From Tannerellaceae bacterium (GTDB lineage: Bacteria > Bacteroidota > Bacteroidia > Bacteroidales > Tannerellaceae), in NCBI GenBank assembly GCA_031266215.1, contig JAISBL010000082.1, positions 1 to 59,189 of the forward strand: DNA of 59,189 bases, written 5' to 3'. Shown piece after piece: positions 58,240 to 59,189 of this stretch. The first letter of the stretch is position 1. Every line of letters starts with the position of its first letter. Position numbers and translations under genes: made by a program. The notes under the pieces were generated by a model. That model was not told the origin of the DNA, did not search any database, and worked only from the letters and a program-made list of their open reading frames with translations.

Positions 58240-59189
58240 TTATTTCCTATGTTTTATCAGCATGATAACCGGGTTTGACTCTTCATCCAGTCCGGCGGCT
58301 ATTTCCGCCAGTTGGCCTTTCAACTGCCCGTTACCGTAAGCCTCGACAAGGTCAGGAGCTTCCAGAGACTGCAATATCGCGATTTCGCTGTTTACAGGCT
58401 CCGAATTCATATGTACCTGTTTCTTATCTGAATAATCCCCGTTGTACACCGTGGATTCGAATATGGCCTTTTCCTGCCTGTCGTACACCAGATTAATCTG
58501 CGGGGATCCTTTCATCCTTTCAATGTCAAATTCTTTCTTCAGTATTTGCATGAAATAATAACGATCGGCGAGAACGCCCGGAAAAAGAAATACTTCAGGA
58601 TCCATTGAGTGTACGGAAGGAGTTCTTACAATAAAAGGGATTATATGACCGTCAGGCAAATAGCGGTACACAGTATCCGACGATGTATGCGTAAGCACCC
58701 AGTTACCCTCATGCAGGACTGTCAGGTAAAACTCAAATGTTATATGCAACTCATTCCCTTCTACATTCACTATCATAATCGGTGTTTTAACCTCTTTAAA
58801 AGGTATCTTAATTTCACGGGTTACACTTCCGTCCTTTTTGGAAATAATCAAATGACATGCCTGTTCAGTATCTATCGGCGAATAACTCTTGTAGCAAATC
58901 AAATTATCACGGTCGTAATTGTATATAAATCTATAATAACCGGTGTCTTCGAATTTAAAACTCCTTTTAAAGCTCCCGTATAAGTCATATACCAGTATTT
59001 CCCTTGCAGGAGCGTCTGCGACAAACATTTCGCCGTTATCCTCATCCAGTATAATCTCTGTCGAATACGAATATTCCTCGCCGCCCTGCCCAAAGCGGTT
59101 TATCTTTCTAAGAGCTTTACCGTTACGGTCAAAGATGAAGATATTGCCGTCGTTGATGCGGTTTGTAACCACTATGATGTCTTTGCCGA
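58240..59189 (-). CDS. 6-bladed beta-propeller paralog (5' end outside the window)
   Basis: Frame open to the window edge (..GKDIIVVTN..); shares long blocks with 57075-58226. Confidence 0.82.
   Translation of the reverse strand, partial: GKDIIVVTNRINDGNIFIFDRNGKALRKINRFGQGGEEYSYSTEIILDEDNGEMFVADAPAREILVYDLYGSFKRSFKFEDTGYYRFIYNYDRDNLICYKSYSPIDTEQACHLIISKKDGSVTREIKIPFKEVKTPIMIVNVEGNELHITFEFYLTVLHEGNWVLTHTSSDTVYRYLPDGHIIPFIVRTPSVHSMDPEVFLFPGVLADRYYFMQILKKEFDIERMKGSPQINLVYDRQEKAIFESTVYNGDYSDKKQVHMNSEPVNSEIAILQSLEAPDLVEAYGNGQLKGQLAEIAAGLDEESNPVIMLIKHRK

Overview
Bacteroidales chromosomal window, probably Tannerellaceae/Parabacteroides-like (inferred from gene content and recurrent TAnnTTTG -7 promoter boxes). 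From left to right it holds: a short decayed mobile-element region (Rpn-like gene start, tyrosine-integrase and IS5 transposase remnants, a 23-bp tandem array); four surface-polysaccharide genes; an MFP-RND-TolC-RND efflux operon; an M48 peptidase and serS; the zapB-like/zapA/rny/coaX/OMP/TPR/lptC/ppiD/rlmN core cluster; an HMA/Ni-transporter/larE/larB operon coupled to SGNH-SGNH-MBOAT O-acetylation genes; an addA-like helicase-nuclease, SUI1, GH3, pfk, lactonase, CE7, GH20, AraC and an ECF sigma; hisL-attenuated hisGDCB; an exuT-like MFS with a DUF1080 lipoprotein; and tandem beta-propeller lipoproteins. The most unusual signal is non-coding. Four dispersed copies of one modular element (leader / 22-23-bp palindromic array A / fixed linker / 23-bp palindromic array B / tail) have different arrays expanded at each locus (A:B units 1:9, 0:18, 8:12, 16:4). 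Two of the four copies adjoin a ~105-bp MITE-like module with terminal inverted repeats. All calls come from reading the sequence; no searches were run.
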